A stretch of 64,000 bases of DNA from Chiloscyllium plagiosum (taxonomy: Eukaryota). The notes beneath the pieces are model-generated. The model saw only the letters and a program-made list of their open reading frames with translations. It was not told the DNA's origin and searched no databases. Where the stretch lies: the NCBI RefSeq assembly GCF_004010195.1, contig NC_057719.1, positions 35,154,137 through 35,218,136 of the forward strand, read 5' to 3'. The number at the start of each line of letters is the position of its first letter. The stretch's first letter is position 1. Made by a program: the position numbers and the translations under genes. Shown in pieces: positions 21,997 to 34,074 of the stretch.

Positions 21997-23038
21997 TGCA
22001 GTCATCAATGTAGCAGAGGAAGAGGTGGGGAGTGGTGCCAACATAATTACGGAAGATGGACTGTTCTATGTAGCCAACAAAGAGACAAGCATAGCTGGGG
22101 CCCATACAGGTGCCCATGACTACCCCTTTGGTCTGGAGGAAGTGGGAGGATTAGAAGGAGAAATTGTTAAGGGTGAGGACCAGTTCAGCCAAACGAATGA
22201 AAGTGTCGGTGAAAGGGTACTGTTGGGGTCGTCAGTAGAAGAAGAAACGGAGAGCTTGGAGGCCCTGGTCATGGCGGATGGAGGTGTAGAGGGATTGAAT
22301 ATCCTTACCTCTATACCTATCCATACCTTACCTCTGTAAGGTAATCCCTTGGCCTCCTTAGGAAAAATGCCCCATCTTATTTAGCCTCTCCCTATAACTC
22401 AGACCAGTTACAGCAACATCTTTTGTGTACTCTCTCAAGTTTACCAACATTTTTCTTATGGCAGGGTGACAAGACTTAGATGCAGCATTCTGAACGTGGC
22501 CTCGCCAAGGTCCTATACAACCACAACATGACATCCCAACTCCTATACTCAATGCACTGACCAATGAAAGAAAGCATACCAAACATCATCTTCACCTGTC
22601 TGTCTGGTACTCCGCTTTCAAGGACCCATGTACCTGTACCCTTAGGTCTCTTTGTTCGGCAACATTCCCTAAGGCCCTACCAAAATGCAACACTAATTTA
22701 TCTTATCTAAATTAAACTCCATCCACCACTGCTCCGACAATTGACCTAACGAATAAAGGTCCCATAGTACTCAGATGATCTTTTTCACTGTCCACAACAG
22801 CACCTATTTTGATGTCATTTGCAAATTTACTAACAAATACCCATGATATTCGCATCCAAATCATTTATATAAATGACAAAAATCAATGAACCCAGGACAA
22901 ATCCTTTGGTCATAGGCCTCCAGTCTGAAAAGCAACCCTCCACCCTCCATCACCACTCTGTCTCCTATCTTCAAGCCAATTTTGTATCCAATTGGCTAGC
23001 TCCCCCATGTATACTATGTGACTTAACCTTACTAGCCA

Positions 23039-24567
23039 AAAGGGTGGTGTTGGCAAAAGCACAGCAGGTCAGGCACCATCCAAGGAGTGGGAGAATCAAC
23101 GTTTTGGGCATAAGCCCTTCATCAGGAATGAGGCTGTGGGCCGGGCAGGGTGAGGGGTGGCGTTGCTGAGAGATAAATGTGTGGGGTGGGGGGTGGGGAA
23201 GGTAGCTGAGAATGCGATAGGTCGATGAAGGTGAGGGAGAAGGTGATAGGTCGGAGAGGAGGTTGGAGTGGATAGATGATGGGTGATGGACAGGTCAGGA
23301 GGGCAATGCCAAGTTGGAGGCTTGGAATTGGGATAATGTGGGGGGAGGGGAAATGAGGAAACTGTTGAAATCCATGTTGATCCCATGTGGTTGCAGGGTC
23401 TCAAGGCGGAATATAAGGCATTCATCTTCCAGGCGTCAGGTGGTAAGGGTTTGGCAATGGAGGAGGCCCAGGACCTGCATGCCCTTGACGGTTTGGGAGG
23501 GGGTTGTTTGTTGCAGGTGCCCCAGAGATGTAATCTGAAATGATCTGCAAGTAGGTGTCCTGTCTCCCCAATGCAGAGGAGACGACATTGGGCGCAACGA
23601 TACAGTAGATGACATTGGTGGACATTACAGGTAAATTTCTGTTGGATGTGGAAGGGTCCTTTGGGGCCTTGGATGGAGGTGAGGGGAGTGGTGAGGGCAC
23701 AGATTTTGCACTTCCTGGACTGGCAGGGGACGGTGCCGGGAGTGGGATGTGGGCTGGTGAGGGTTTGGACCTGATGAGGGAGTTGTGGGGGGAATGGTCT
23801 CTCCGGAATGCTGATGGGGTGGGAAGGGAAAACATATCTCTGATGGTGGGGTCCATTTGTAGGTGGCAGAGGATGATGCGATATATGTGGAGGGGTGGAA
23901 GGTGAGGGCCAAAGGGGGTTCTGTCCTTGTTGCATTGGGAGGGGTGGGGTTTGTCCGTGGTCGTCTCCTCTACACCGGGGAGATAGGATGCCTACTTGCA
24001 GATCGTTACAGAGAACATCTCTGGGACACCCGCACCAACCAACCCCACCGCCCCGTGGCTGAATACCTCAACTTCCCTTCCACTCTACCAAAGACATGCA
24101 GGTCCTAGGGCCTCCTCCATCACCAAACCCTAACCACCCGACACTTGGAGGAAGAACGCCTCATATTCCACCTTGGGACCCTGATTTTGTGTGGTTGCAA
24201 TGTGGATTTCAAGAGTTTCCTCATTTCCCTTCTCCCCACATAATCCCAGTCCCAGGCCTCCAACTTGGAACTACCCTCCTCATCTGTCCATCATCTTTTC
24301 CATCTATCTGCCCCATCTTCCTCTCCAACCTATCACCTTCTCCCTCACCTTCATCTGCCCATCACATTCTCAGCTACCTTTCCTTCCCAACCCCACCTCC
24401 CTCCATTTATCTCTCAGCCCCCCCGGCCCACAAGCCCCATTCCTGATGAAGGGCTTATGTCTGAAACACCGATTCTCCTGCTCCTCGGATGTTGCCTGAC
24501 CCGCTGTGCTTTTCCAGCACCACACTCTCGACTTTGATTTCCAGCATCTGCAGTCCTCACTTTCTAC
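23039..24567. mobile_element. PLE insertion with an inverted structure: minus arm ~23039-23953, plus arm ~23954-24567; GIY-YIG remnants
   Basis: TNVIYCI, LLCIGETG and LLYTGEIGCLLADRYREHLWD motifs; both arms end in the family-1 hammerhead terminus; TSD TAACCTTACTAGCCA at 23024-23038 and 24568-24582. Confidence 0.85.
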
Positions 24568-26859
24568 TAACCTTACTAGCCAGTCTACGATCCAGAACCT
24601 TGTTGAACACTTTGATGAAATCCATATAGACAACGTTTATCACACTGCCTTCATCACTCTTCTTTGTCACCTCTTCAAAAATCTCAATCAAATTTGTGAC
24701 ACATAATTTCCCACACACAAAGTCATGTTGACTATTCCTAAACAGTCCATGCATTTCTAAATGCATGTAAAACCTGTCCCTCAGAATCCCCTCCAACAGC
24801 TTACCTACCACTGACCTAAGGCTCACTGGTCTATAGTTCCTAGCTTTTCCTTATAGCCTTTCTTAAATAATGGCACCATGTTTGCCAACCTCCAGTCTTC
24901 TGGTACCTCACCCGTAGCTGTGGATGATACAAATTTCTCAACAAGGGGCGCAGCAATCATTTCTCTAGCCTCCCACAAAGTCCTGGTACACACCTGATCA
25001 GGTCCTGTGAATTTATCTAATTCTATGTATTTAAAGATCTCCAGCACCTCCCCTTCTGTAACATGAACACTTTACAAGACACCCTTATTTTTTTCCTCAA
25101 GTTCCTTACCTTCCACGTCCTTGTCCACAGTAAATACTGACATGGTATATTTGTTTGGCATCTTGCCCATCTCCTGTGGTTCCACATATAGATAGCCACA
25201 TAGAGCTTTAAGAGGTCCTATTTTCTCCCTAGTTACTCTTTTGCCTGTAATGTAAGTAACGTGTGTAGAATCTCTTTGGATTCTCCTTTACTGTACAGCG
25301 AGCATTTCTGGTTCAGTGTTCCGATGTCTCAGTGTACCATTTTGTCCGTGGGTGGCGATCTTGCCCTGCCCCAGTGATCCGATGGCCCAGCATTTTTCTA
25401 AGTGGCATTCTTGGCGATGGTTTCTCTTTGGAGGCTTTTGGCCAACAGGAGCGGCATTTCGGCTTTCGTCCCATCATATCATTCTCGTTATGGATGTGGT
25501 TCTCAGCCCAGCTGTGTCTATTATTTCTTTGAGACCAGGAGCCTTTGAATAGATTTTGATGAACTTTGTCTTATATTACTTTTTGTAACTTATGATTTTA
25601 CCATGACTTTTGTCATTAATATAGGTGCCATGGTAGGGCGACAAAGAACACACTTTTTTTTTCTTGTAACATGACAGTAAATTCTAAATGCTAATTCTAA
25701 CTCAATTTGCCAAAGCTATCTCATGTCCCCTTTTTGATCTCCTGATTTCCCTCTTAAGAGTACTCATACTAACCTTATGCTCCTCTATGGATTCACTCGA
25801 TTCTGATACATTCCTCCTTACTTTTCTTGTTCAGAGCCTCAATTCCTCTAGTCATCCAGCATTCCCTGTACATACCAGCCTTGCCTTTCACACTATGGGA
25901 ACATAGTATCTCTGAACTCCTGTTATCTCATTTTTAAAGGCCTTCCACTTCCCAAACATCCCTTCACCTGCGAATCATCTCCCCAATCAACTTTTGTAAG
26001 TTCCTGTCTAATACTGTCAAAATTTACCTTACTCCAATTTAAACTTTAACTTTTTGATCAGTAACTATTTTAAAACTAATAGAATTATGATCACTTGCCG
26101 CAAAGTGCTCTCTCAGTGACACCTCAGTCACTTACCCTGCCTTATTTCCTAACAGAAGGTCACGTATTGTTCCTTCTCTAGTAAAAAAGGAAGTTATCTT
26201 GTACATACTTAACAAATTCTTCCCCAAGTCCTTAACACAATGGCAGTCCCAGTCTATGTTTGGAAAGTGAAAATTTCCTACCTTTATCCTCTTGTACACT
26301 GATTTTCTCTTCCATATTAAACCTTTAGTCATTCTTTGCTTTTTTTTAAATAGGAGATCTCATCGACATGTATAAACTTCTGACCATGCAGTATGTGGTG
26401 TTGCAGTAATAAAGATTCCCCTGATTAAATGGGATTGACACAGAACAAGAGGTCAGTGTCTCATGATATGAGGATAAGATAGGCCATTTCAAACTTAAAC
26501 AACTTACAATTTCTTGATTCAGAGGGGGGTGAACTTGTGGAATTCTCTACGACAGAGGGCGGTAGAGACCAAGTCACTGAATAGGTTTACAAAAAAAAGT
26601 TCTCTCTCTTGGGATGCAGGTGACACTGACTGGACCAGAACTTATTTCCGGTCCCTAGTTGCCCTTGAGATAGTGGTAGTGAGCTGCCTTCTTGAGCCTT
26701 GGCAATCCATGTGCTATAGGTAGACCCAGAATGTTACTAGGAAGCAAATTCAACTATTTTGTCCCAGCGACAGTGAAGGAATGGCGATATGTTTCCAAGT
26801 CAGTGGTTGGTGAGGTACTCGCAGATGATGGTGTTCCCATATATCTGCCTCAACTAATA

Positions 26860-29260
26860 AAAGCAAATGTGCCATATGCTTTCTTAATTATCTTATACAC
26901 CTGTGTTGTTGCCTTCAAGGATCGGTAGACATTGCACATCAAGGTCCCTCTGATCATTTGTACTTCCTGAGGCCCTGCCATTCATCATGTCTTGCTTTGT
27001 TAATCCTTCCAAAATGCATCACCTCAGATTTTTCTAGATTGAATTCCATTTGGCACTGTTGTGCTCATCTGACAAACCCATCTGTATCCTTCTGGATTTT
27101 AAAGCTCTCCTCCTTGCTGTTTACCACCATTTGCAAAGTTACTGAGCAAATGTCCTACAATTAGTGTCTAGACCATTAATGTACACTACAAATAGAAAGA
27201 GAGCCAGCACCAAATCTTGCGCTACACCAGTGGACACAAGCTTCTAATCACAAAACAACCTTCAACCATCACCCTCTGCCTTATCCACTAAACTAATTAT
27301 GGATCAATTTGCCAAATTGCCCTGGATCCTATGAGTTCATGACCTTGTTCATCAGTCTCCCATAATACCTTGTCAAAAGGTTTACGCAAGTCCATTTGGA
27401 CTACATCAACTACCTCATCTTACACATCTAATCACGTACCCACAAAACGTAATCACTATCTTCCCTTGACAAAGCCATGCTGACTATCCTTGATCAATCC
27501 TTGCCTCTCCAAGTGGAAATTAATTTTGTTTCAGAATTTTTTCCAAAAGTTTCCTGACCTTTAACATTTGACTCACTGGCCTAGAGTGCCCTGGTTTATC
27601 CCTACTACCTTCCCTGAATAATAGTACCACTTTAGTTGTTCTCCAGTCCCCTAACATCTTTACAATGATCAGGCAGAATTTGAAAAATTAATGTCAGGTC
27701 AATCGTTTTCTTGTCCCCCACTGTAGCCTAGGATACATCGCACCTGGGCATGGATACTTATCCAATTTTAATCATCTGAAAGTCGATAATATTTTCTCCC
27801 ACACATAGAATCATAAGTACAGAGGCCATTCAGCCCATCTAGTCTGTCCCACCAAAAATACACTATATATTGCCTACACTAGTCCCACAGCCTTGAATGT
27901 TATGACACTCAAGTGTTCATCCAATTACTTATTAAAGGTCGCCAGATTACCTGTCTCAACTACCCTCCCAGACAGTGCATTTCAGAGCCCCACCACCCTT
28001 TAGGTGAAAGGATTTTTATTTAAAAATCCCTCTAAACTTTCTACCTTTCACTTGAGAAGTGTGTCTCTTATTCTTGACCTTTGACCAAGCGAGCAGCTGC
28101 TTTCTATCCACACTGTAAATGTCACTCATAATCTTATACAACTCAACTTTCTGTGCTCCAAAGAAAACTATCCTAGCTTAGTTAGCCTTTCTTCATAGCT
28201 AAAACATTCCATCCAAAGGAACATCTTGGTGTATCTTCTCCGCAGCCCCTTCAGTACAATCACATCCTTCCTAGAATGAGGTAATTAGAAGTACACGCGG
28301 TATTCCAGTTGTGGCCTAACCAAAATTTTGTACAGCTCCAACGTAACCACCCGGCTCTTGTAATTTATGCCTTGACTGATAAAGGTAAGCATCCTGTATT
28401 TGTTAGATTCCTTATTAACTTGCGCTGCTACTTTCACTTGTATTTGAACACACCAACCACCCTTCGACCACCTGCTGCCATGCCCCTTGCCCCAAACCCC
28501 TCTTTTCCTTTTGAGCTTCCTGGTGTCCTGCCATTCATTGAGTACTTCCTTGGCTTGTTCCTTCTTCCAAAGTGCATCACATTTATCCACCTGCCACTGA
28601 TCTCCTCATCTGACTAATCCATTTATATGCTCCTGTAACCGAACACCTTCCTCCTCGTTGTCATCACACAGCCAATCTTCATGTTAACTGCAAGCTTAGT
28701 TATCATCCTCCCTTTGATTTCAATTACAACATTTATGAAGATCACAAACAATAAAGGACTCAGCACCAATCCCTGTGGTACACCACTACACATTGGACTC
28801 CAGTTACACAAATATCCTTCTACCACCTTCCTCTGTCTCCTGCCATTAAGCCAATTTTGGATCCAACTTGCCATGTTACCCTGCACCCCATGAACGTTTA
28901 CTCTTTTTATCAGTTTCATATATGGAGCCTTGTCAAAGGCCTTGCTGAAACCCATACAGAGTACATCAACTACCATACCTTCATCTACTTGGTCACCCTG
29001 TCAAAATTTGTCTAGATTTGTGGGGCATGACTTCTGTCTGACTATCCCTGAACAAACTCTCTAAATAGAGATTAATTTTCTCCTTCCCTACTTTTCCAAT
29101 ACATTCCCTACCACTTTTTAATGGGAATTTGCTGGTCTATAGTTCCTGGTCTATCCCTACCACCTTTCTTGTAAAGTGGAACCAAATTAGCTATTCTCCC
29201 AGTCCACTGGTACTTCCCTGTGGCCAGAGAAGATTTATAAAAAATTGGGTCAAGGCCTCT
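26860..29260 (-). mobile_element. Degraded CR1 LINE fragments (at least two)
   Basis: ORFs 28623-28976 (FSKAFDK..SGVPQGLVLSPLLFVIFIN) and 28285-28590 (LYKILVRPQLEY). Confidence 0.8.
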
Positions 29261-29721
29261 GTTGTTTCCTTTCTCATAGCTCTCTGGTAGAAAATTCCAC
29301 AGATTCACTACCTTCTGAGAGAAAAATTCCTAATCTCTGATTCCTGAGTTATCCAGGAAGGCAGCTTGGCAGTAATATGAGCAAGGATACTGTGAACATC
29401 CAGCTGAGTGCCGAATAAATGAGAGCTATGACAGCTAACAAAGGGCCTAGAGATGCAGCTTGCTCCAGTTCTTGAGTTGGTTATGTTTCCTGGAGTGTTC
29501 TTTCTACTGCATTACTTTGACGCTTGCTGGTGCTGCCCAAGTAACACTGAAGTGCAGAAATGACATGTTAGTGAATCAGACATTTGCGTTCTTAGAGGCT
29601 GGCGCATGTCAACTGTCACTCTCTGCAGACACTGGGTGTGTGAGGCTGGCACCCATGGAGCTGAAAATGTGTTGCTGGAAAAGCGCAGCTGGTCAGGCAG
29701 CATCCAGGGAACAGGAGAATC

Positions 29722-29749
29722 GACGTTTCGGGCATAAGCCCTTCTTCAG
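29722..29749 (-). ncRNA. Minimal type-I hammerhead ribozyme, intact core
   Basis: Minus strand AUUC-CUGAAGA-A-GGGC-UUAU-GCCC-GAAA-CG-UC-GAUU. Confidence 0.7.
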
Positions 29750-29769
29750 GAATGAGGAAAGTTTGTCCA

Positions 29770-30537
29770 NNNNNNNNNNNNNNNNNNNNNNNNNNNNNNN
29801 NNNNNNNNNNNNNNNNNNNNNNNNNNNNNNNNNNNNNNNNNNNNNNNNNNNNNNNNNNNNNNNNNNNNNNNNNNNNNNNNNNNNNNNNNNNNNNNNNNNN
29901 NNNNNNNNNNNNNNNNNNNNNNNNNNNNNNNNNNNNNNNNNNNNNNNNNNNNNNNNNNNNNNNNNNNNNNNNNNNNNNNNNNNNNNNNNNNNNNNNNNNN
30001 NNNNNNNNNNNNNNNNNNNNNNNNNNNNNNNNNNNNNNNNNNNNNNNNNNNNNNNNNNNNNNNNNNNNNNNNNNNNNNNNNNNNNNNNNNNNNNNNNNNN
30101 NNNNNNNNNNNNNNNNNNNNNNNNNNNNNNNNNNNNNNNNNNNNNNNNNNNNNNNNNNNNNNNNNNNNNNNNNNNNNNNNNNNNNNNNNNNNNNNNNNNN
30201 NNNNNNNNNNNNNNNNNNNNNNNNNNNNNNNNNNNNNNNNNNNNNNNNNNNNNNNNNNNNNNNNNNNNNNNNNNNNNNNNNNNNNNNNNNNNNNNNNNNN
30301 NNNNNNNNNNNNNNNNNNNNNNNNNNNNNNNNNNNNNNNNNNNNNNNNNNNNNNNNNNNNNNNNNNNNNNNNNNNNNNNNNNNNNNNNNNNNNNNNNNNN
30401 NNNNNNNNNNNNNNNNNNNNNNNNNNNNNNNNNNNNNNNNNNNNNNNNNNNNNNNNNNNNNNNNNNNNNNNNNNNNNNNNNNNNNNNNNNNNNNNNNNNN
30501 NNNNNNNNNNNNNNNNNNNNNNNNNNNNNNNNNNNNN
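29770..30537. other. Assembly gap (N run)
   Basis: Run of n. Confidence 0.99.
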
Positions 30538-31379
30538 ATATCCTACGAAGAGGCAGTCATAGCTGGGGCCCATGCGGGTGCCCATGGCTACTCCTTTTGT
30601 TTGGAGGAAGTGGGAGGATTGGAAAGAGATTCCGTGTTGATTCGGTCGCCTGAGATAGAAATAGAGAGGTCGAGGAAGGGGAGGGAGGAATGTGAGACTG
30701 TCCAGGTGAATTTGAGGTCGGGTTGGAAGGTGTTGGTGAAGTGGATGAACTGTTCAACCTCCTCGTGGGAGCACGAGGCGGCGCCGGTACAGTCATCGAT
30801 GTAGCGGAGGAAAAGGTGGGGGGTGGGGCCAGTGTAGTTGCGGAAGATGGACTGTTCCACATATCCTACGAAGAGGCAGGCATAGCTGGGGCCCATGCGG
30901 GTGCCCATGGCTACTCCTTTCGTTTGGAGGAAGTGGGAGGAATGGAAAGAGAAGTTGTTCAGGGTGAGGACCCATGGAGCATGTCCTAAGATGTTGGAGC
31001 CCAGTTTCCAAATTTTGGCATACCAGCGAGCTGAATCTGTCAGGTCTTCACTTTGACAAAACCTGACAAGAAATCCAATGTCTAGCTCATTTGGTGAGTT
31101 CGGAATTTTAGAAACCTGAATATTAAAAAGACGACTGTAATCACTGTTTTCAAGCAGCTTGGCATGTATTACTATACCAAAGGTACTCTATAAATGCAAG
31201 TTGTAATATTAGGTCATAAGAAATTAGAGTAGACTGGCCCAAACACATTCAAAAAGATATGCCTGATCTGACTGGAGCCTGAACTCCACATTCCTGCTGA
31301 GTTTACACCCCATAACTTTTGACTACTTTGTTGATATGAAATGTCTAGGAAGCCTTGAATGCATTCAATAACATAGATG

Positions 31380-32095
31380 AAGGAGCTTCATCCAAATTTA
31401 GTGATAATACTAAGATGAGAAGGAAAGCAAGTTGTGGGGAAGAGACAAATTGTCTGCAAATTTTGAATGACTGGGAAAAAGATGGCAGGTGGAGTTTGGT
31501 TTTATTGCAAGGGTGAATGGAATATAAAAGTAGGGAATTTGTTCTATGTGTGTACAGGTCATTGGTAAGGCCATACTTAGAATATTGTGTACAACTTTGG
31601 TCACCTTACATGAGGAGGGGCATACTTGCATTGGAAGCAATTTAGAAAAGATTCAGAGGGTTGATTTCTGATTCTGTGATGAAAGGTTAAGCAGCCAGGT
31701 CCTTTTTAATCCTTGAAATTTACCACAATTACAAGTGATCTCATTGAAACATAAAAGATTCTGAAGGTGGTTGACAGGGAGATAATACAGACAATATTTT
31801 TCTTCTAGGGGAATCTATAACTAGAGGGCACAGTTTCAAAATAAGAGACCTCCCATTAAAGATTATGAGGAATTTCTTCTCTCAGAGATTCCTTTTATTA
31901 TTTGGAATTTTCTTGCCCAGCAAGCAGTGAAGTTATATGTCATTGAATATATTTAAAGCTGTGTTAGAATTTGGTTGACCAGAAAGTTCAGAGTTATGGA
32001 GGAGCAGATAGGAAAGAGAAGTTAAGGGTGCAACCAGGTCAGCCAGATTTTATTGAATGAGTGAGCTTGAGTTGTCAAATAGTTTATTATACCAA
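31380..32095 (+). mobile_element. Highly degraded CR1 3' fragment
   Basis: CR1-like remnants (gcaggtggagttt, ttggtaaggccatacttagaatattgtg, aggaatttcttctctcagag). Confidence 0.55.
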
Positions 32096-32664
32096 AATGT
32101 TATTTCTAAACTGTGCCCCTTAGTTACAGATTCCCCCACGAGGAAAAAGTTATCTGTAAATATACTGTCACATGCTATTTAATTGAGAATTCCAAGATTT
32201 TGAAAGAACAAGGACATATCAAAGTTCTGGAAGATACGTTTGGAAATGGTAGTATTCTTTTGCACATGCTGCCCTTCTCCTAGATATTACAGTTTGAGAG
32301 GGGCTGCTGAAGAACACCAAATGACTTGGTGCAGTATACCATTACATGGGATACAACACATTTATCGTATTCTGGTGGTGGAGGGAGTGGATGTGTGTCC
32401 TGATCAAGGGAACTGCTTTGACCTGAATGGGTTGAGCTTATGTGTTAGAAGTGCATTCATTCAAGCAATTAGAGAATATTCCCTTACAGTCTTAAATTGT
32501 GGCTTGTACATATTCAAGATGTTTTGGAAGTAAACTACTGACCTGGTGAGCTATGGTATTTATGTGAGTGGTTCAGCTTTTATAAAAATCAGTTGTAAAT
32601 CCCAGATGTCGATAGTGTGGGATTTAGCATTGGTAATACCACTGAATGTCAAGGGGCCTTTTTA

Positions 32665-32788
32665 AAAGATTTTAACATATTTTCTAAATGACCTGCTCAA
32701 ATGTTATTGTACACCTCTGGAGCAGATAGGACTTGAACCCGGGCCTCCCAGAGCAGGAGTAGGAGCACTACCACTGTGCCACAACAGC
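32665..32788 (-). mobile_element. tRNA-derived SINE unit directly downstream of the 5S sequence; a second, degraded unit lies at ~32925-33022
   Basis: A box TGGCACAGTGG and B box GGTTCAAGTCC, followed by CTGCTCCAGAGGTGTACAATAAC. Confidence 0.7.
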
Positions 32789-32790
32789 TG

Positions 32791-32912
32791 AGCTGACAGT
32801 ACCTGACAGTATTCCTAGGCAGTATCCCATCCAAGTACTAACTAGGCATGAGCCTGCTTAGCTTCTGAGATCAAATGATATCGGGCATTTTCAGATCAGT
32901 ATGGGCATAGGC
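32791..32912 (-). pseudogene. 5S rRNA-derived sequence (pseudogene or SINE head)
   Basis: The reverse complement GCCTATGCCCATACTGATCTGAAAATGCCCGATATCATTTGATCTCAGAAGCTAAGCAGG...TTAGTACTTGGATGGGATACTGCCTAGGAATAC aligns along vertebrate 5S, with many CpG-type substitutions. Confidence 0.88.
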
Positions 32913-33049
32913 AACTTTTTAAAACATTTCTCTATTTTATTACTTGTTCAGAGAAGTTATTACACACCTTTGAAACAGATGAGACTTCAACACAGGCCTC
33001 CCAGTCCATGGATAGGGACACTTATAAAATCACTGAAGCATCATTGAAT

Positions 33050-33470
33050 TTCTAGCTCAGTTGTTAGCATGCTTGCTTCTGTGTCACAAGGCTCAGGGGT
33101 CAAGTCATACTCTAGGGCTGGAGTACAAGTGTCTATGCTTACACTTCACTGCAGAAATGTATGTGCTGCACTACAGGTAGATTGGGTAGCTGCTTGAGTA
33201 GATGTAAAAGATCCCATGGCACGACTTTGAGGTCGGGGGATTATCTCCAGTGTGTTGGTTAATATTTATTCTTCAAACAACGACACAAAAAAATTAGATT
33301 GTCTTTCATTATCTAAGATGTAATAATTTGGTGTGTGTTTCCTATGCACAAATTGCTTAACATATTTCCAACATTATGGCAGTGATGACAAAACACTACT
33401 ATAACATTCAAAATTTTTTATGACATTCATTGGATGAGAAAAGCCCCATATAAATGAAAGTTTTCTTTCT
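33050..33470 (+). mobile_element. Deu-domain SINE (SacSINE1/AmnSINE1-related), degraded
   Basis: tRNA-like head (tagctcagttgttagc...ggggtcaagtc), Deu-domain-like gatgtaaaagatcccatggcac...aatatttattcttcaaacaac and tail atataaatgaaagtt. Confidence 0.7.
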
Positions 33471-34074
33471 CTGGTATTCAGTTGCAAGGGTAACTATGTA
33501 CATTTAGCCTCCCACAGGCAAAAATTGGGAATTATTCACATGCTGTGTTCACTTAATAAAGATAGTTATTTTAGAAGATCAGCTACTATGTTCTTTAGAA
33601 ATAAGATCTCCTCACACATAGCAACAGTGATGTGGAACTTCTGAAGAGTATCTAAAGAAAATAATTAAAACTAACAACCAATACCTTCTTATTTTCTATG
33701 TACAGTAGTCTGCCTTTATTTTTACACAGAAAATCAATGGGCAGAATCTTATCTCCTTAGAATTTATATTTAGACCAGAACACTTCCAGGTCCAACTCCA
33801 ACAGTTTGAGATCTGCTTGCCTGCACAATCTTCCTGGAGGTGGCCACTTAACAGGCTGCCTTTAGTAGCCATGTCCAATTCAGATTGGCAAGAAGGCTAG
33901 AAATGTAGGAGGGCCAATCAAAGCTCCCAAGATCTGAGCAAAAGGCAGTCTCAACAGGAGAGGTGGACAAAGCTGCTAAAGACAGGTGAGAGACTGAAGG
34001 GTACCTCACAAAGGAAGTGACCTCTGAAACATTTTGAATGTATAACAAAAAAACAGTGGTCATGCTATCAAGCC

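Larger units (their letters stand above)
20863..22329 (-). mobile_element. Penelope-like retroelement (RT to hammerhead terminus) spanning an assembly gap
   Basis: RT peptide MGTCMGPSYACLFVGYIEQS...FLCYIDDC; approximate TSD ACCTCTGTAARGTAAT at 20847-20862 and 22330-22345. Confidence 0.85.
20505..26335 (-). mobile_element. Long degraded CR1 LINE interrupted by two PLE insertions and an unrelated insert at ~25290-25700
   Basis: Collinear minus-strand remnants: GNFHFPNIDWD (26132-26332), GPDQV..EDWRLANMVPLFKKG (24823-25047), SQHDF..YMDFIK (24557-24826) and a 3' end near 20510. Confidence 0.8.
29662..30969 (-). mobile_element. Penelope-like retroelement (RT to hammerhead terminus) spanning an assembly gap
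   Basis: RT MGTRMGPSYACLFVGYVEQ...FLRYIDD...LKFTW...LPFLDL; TSD ACCCATGGAGC at 29651-29661 and 30970-30980. Confidence 0.9.

Noticed and set aside
20909..22117. Long ORFs of 368-402 aa
   Set aside because: They are open only because they run through the N gap.
29460..30804. Long ORFs of 279-397 aa
   Set aside because: Same N-gap artefact; the real residues are PLE RT or antisense repeat sequence.
32791..32912. Functional 5S rRNA gene
   Set aside because: Single copy with many substitutions, a short duplication at the 3' end and no oligo-T terminator.
33730..33987. Candidate exon (cag acceptor to CAG|GTGAGA)
   Set aside because: Stops occur in all three frames I traced; it could only be non-coding.
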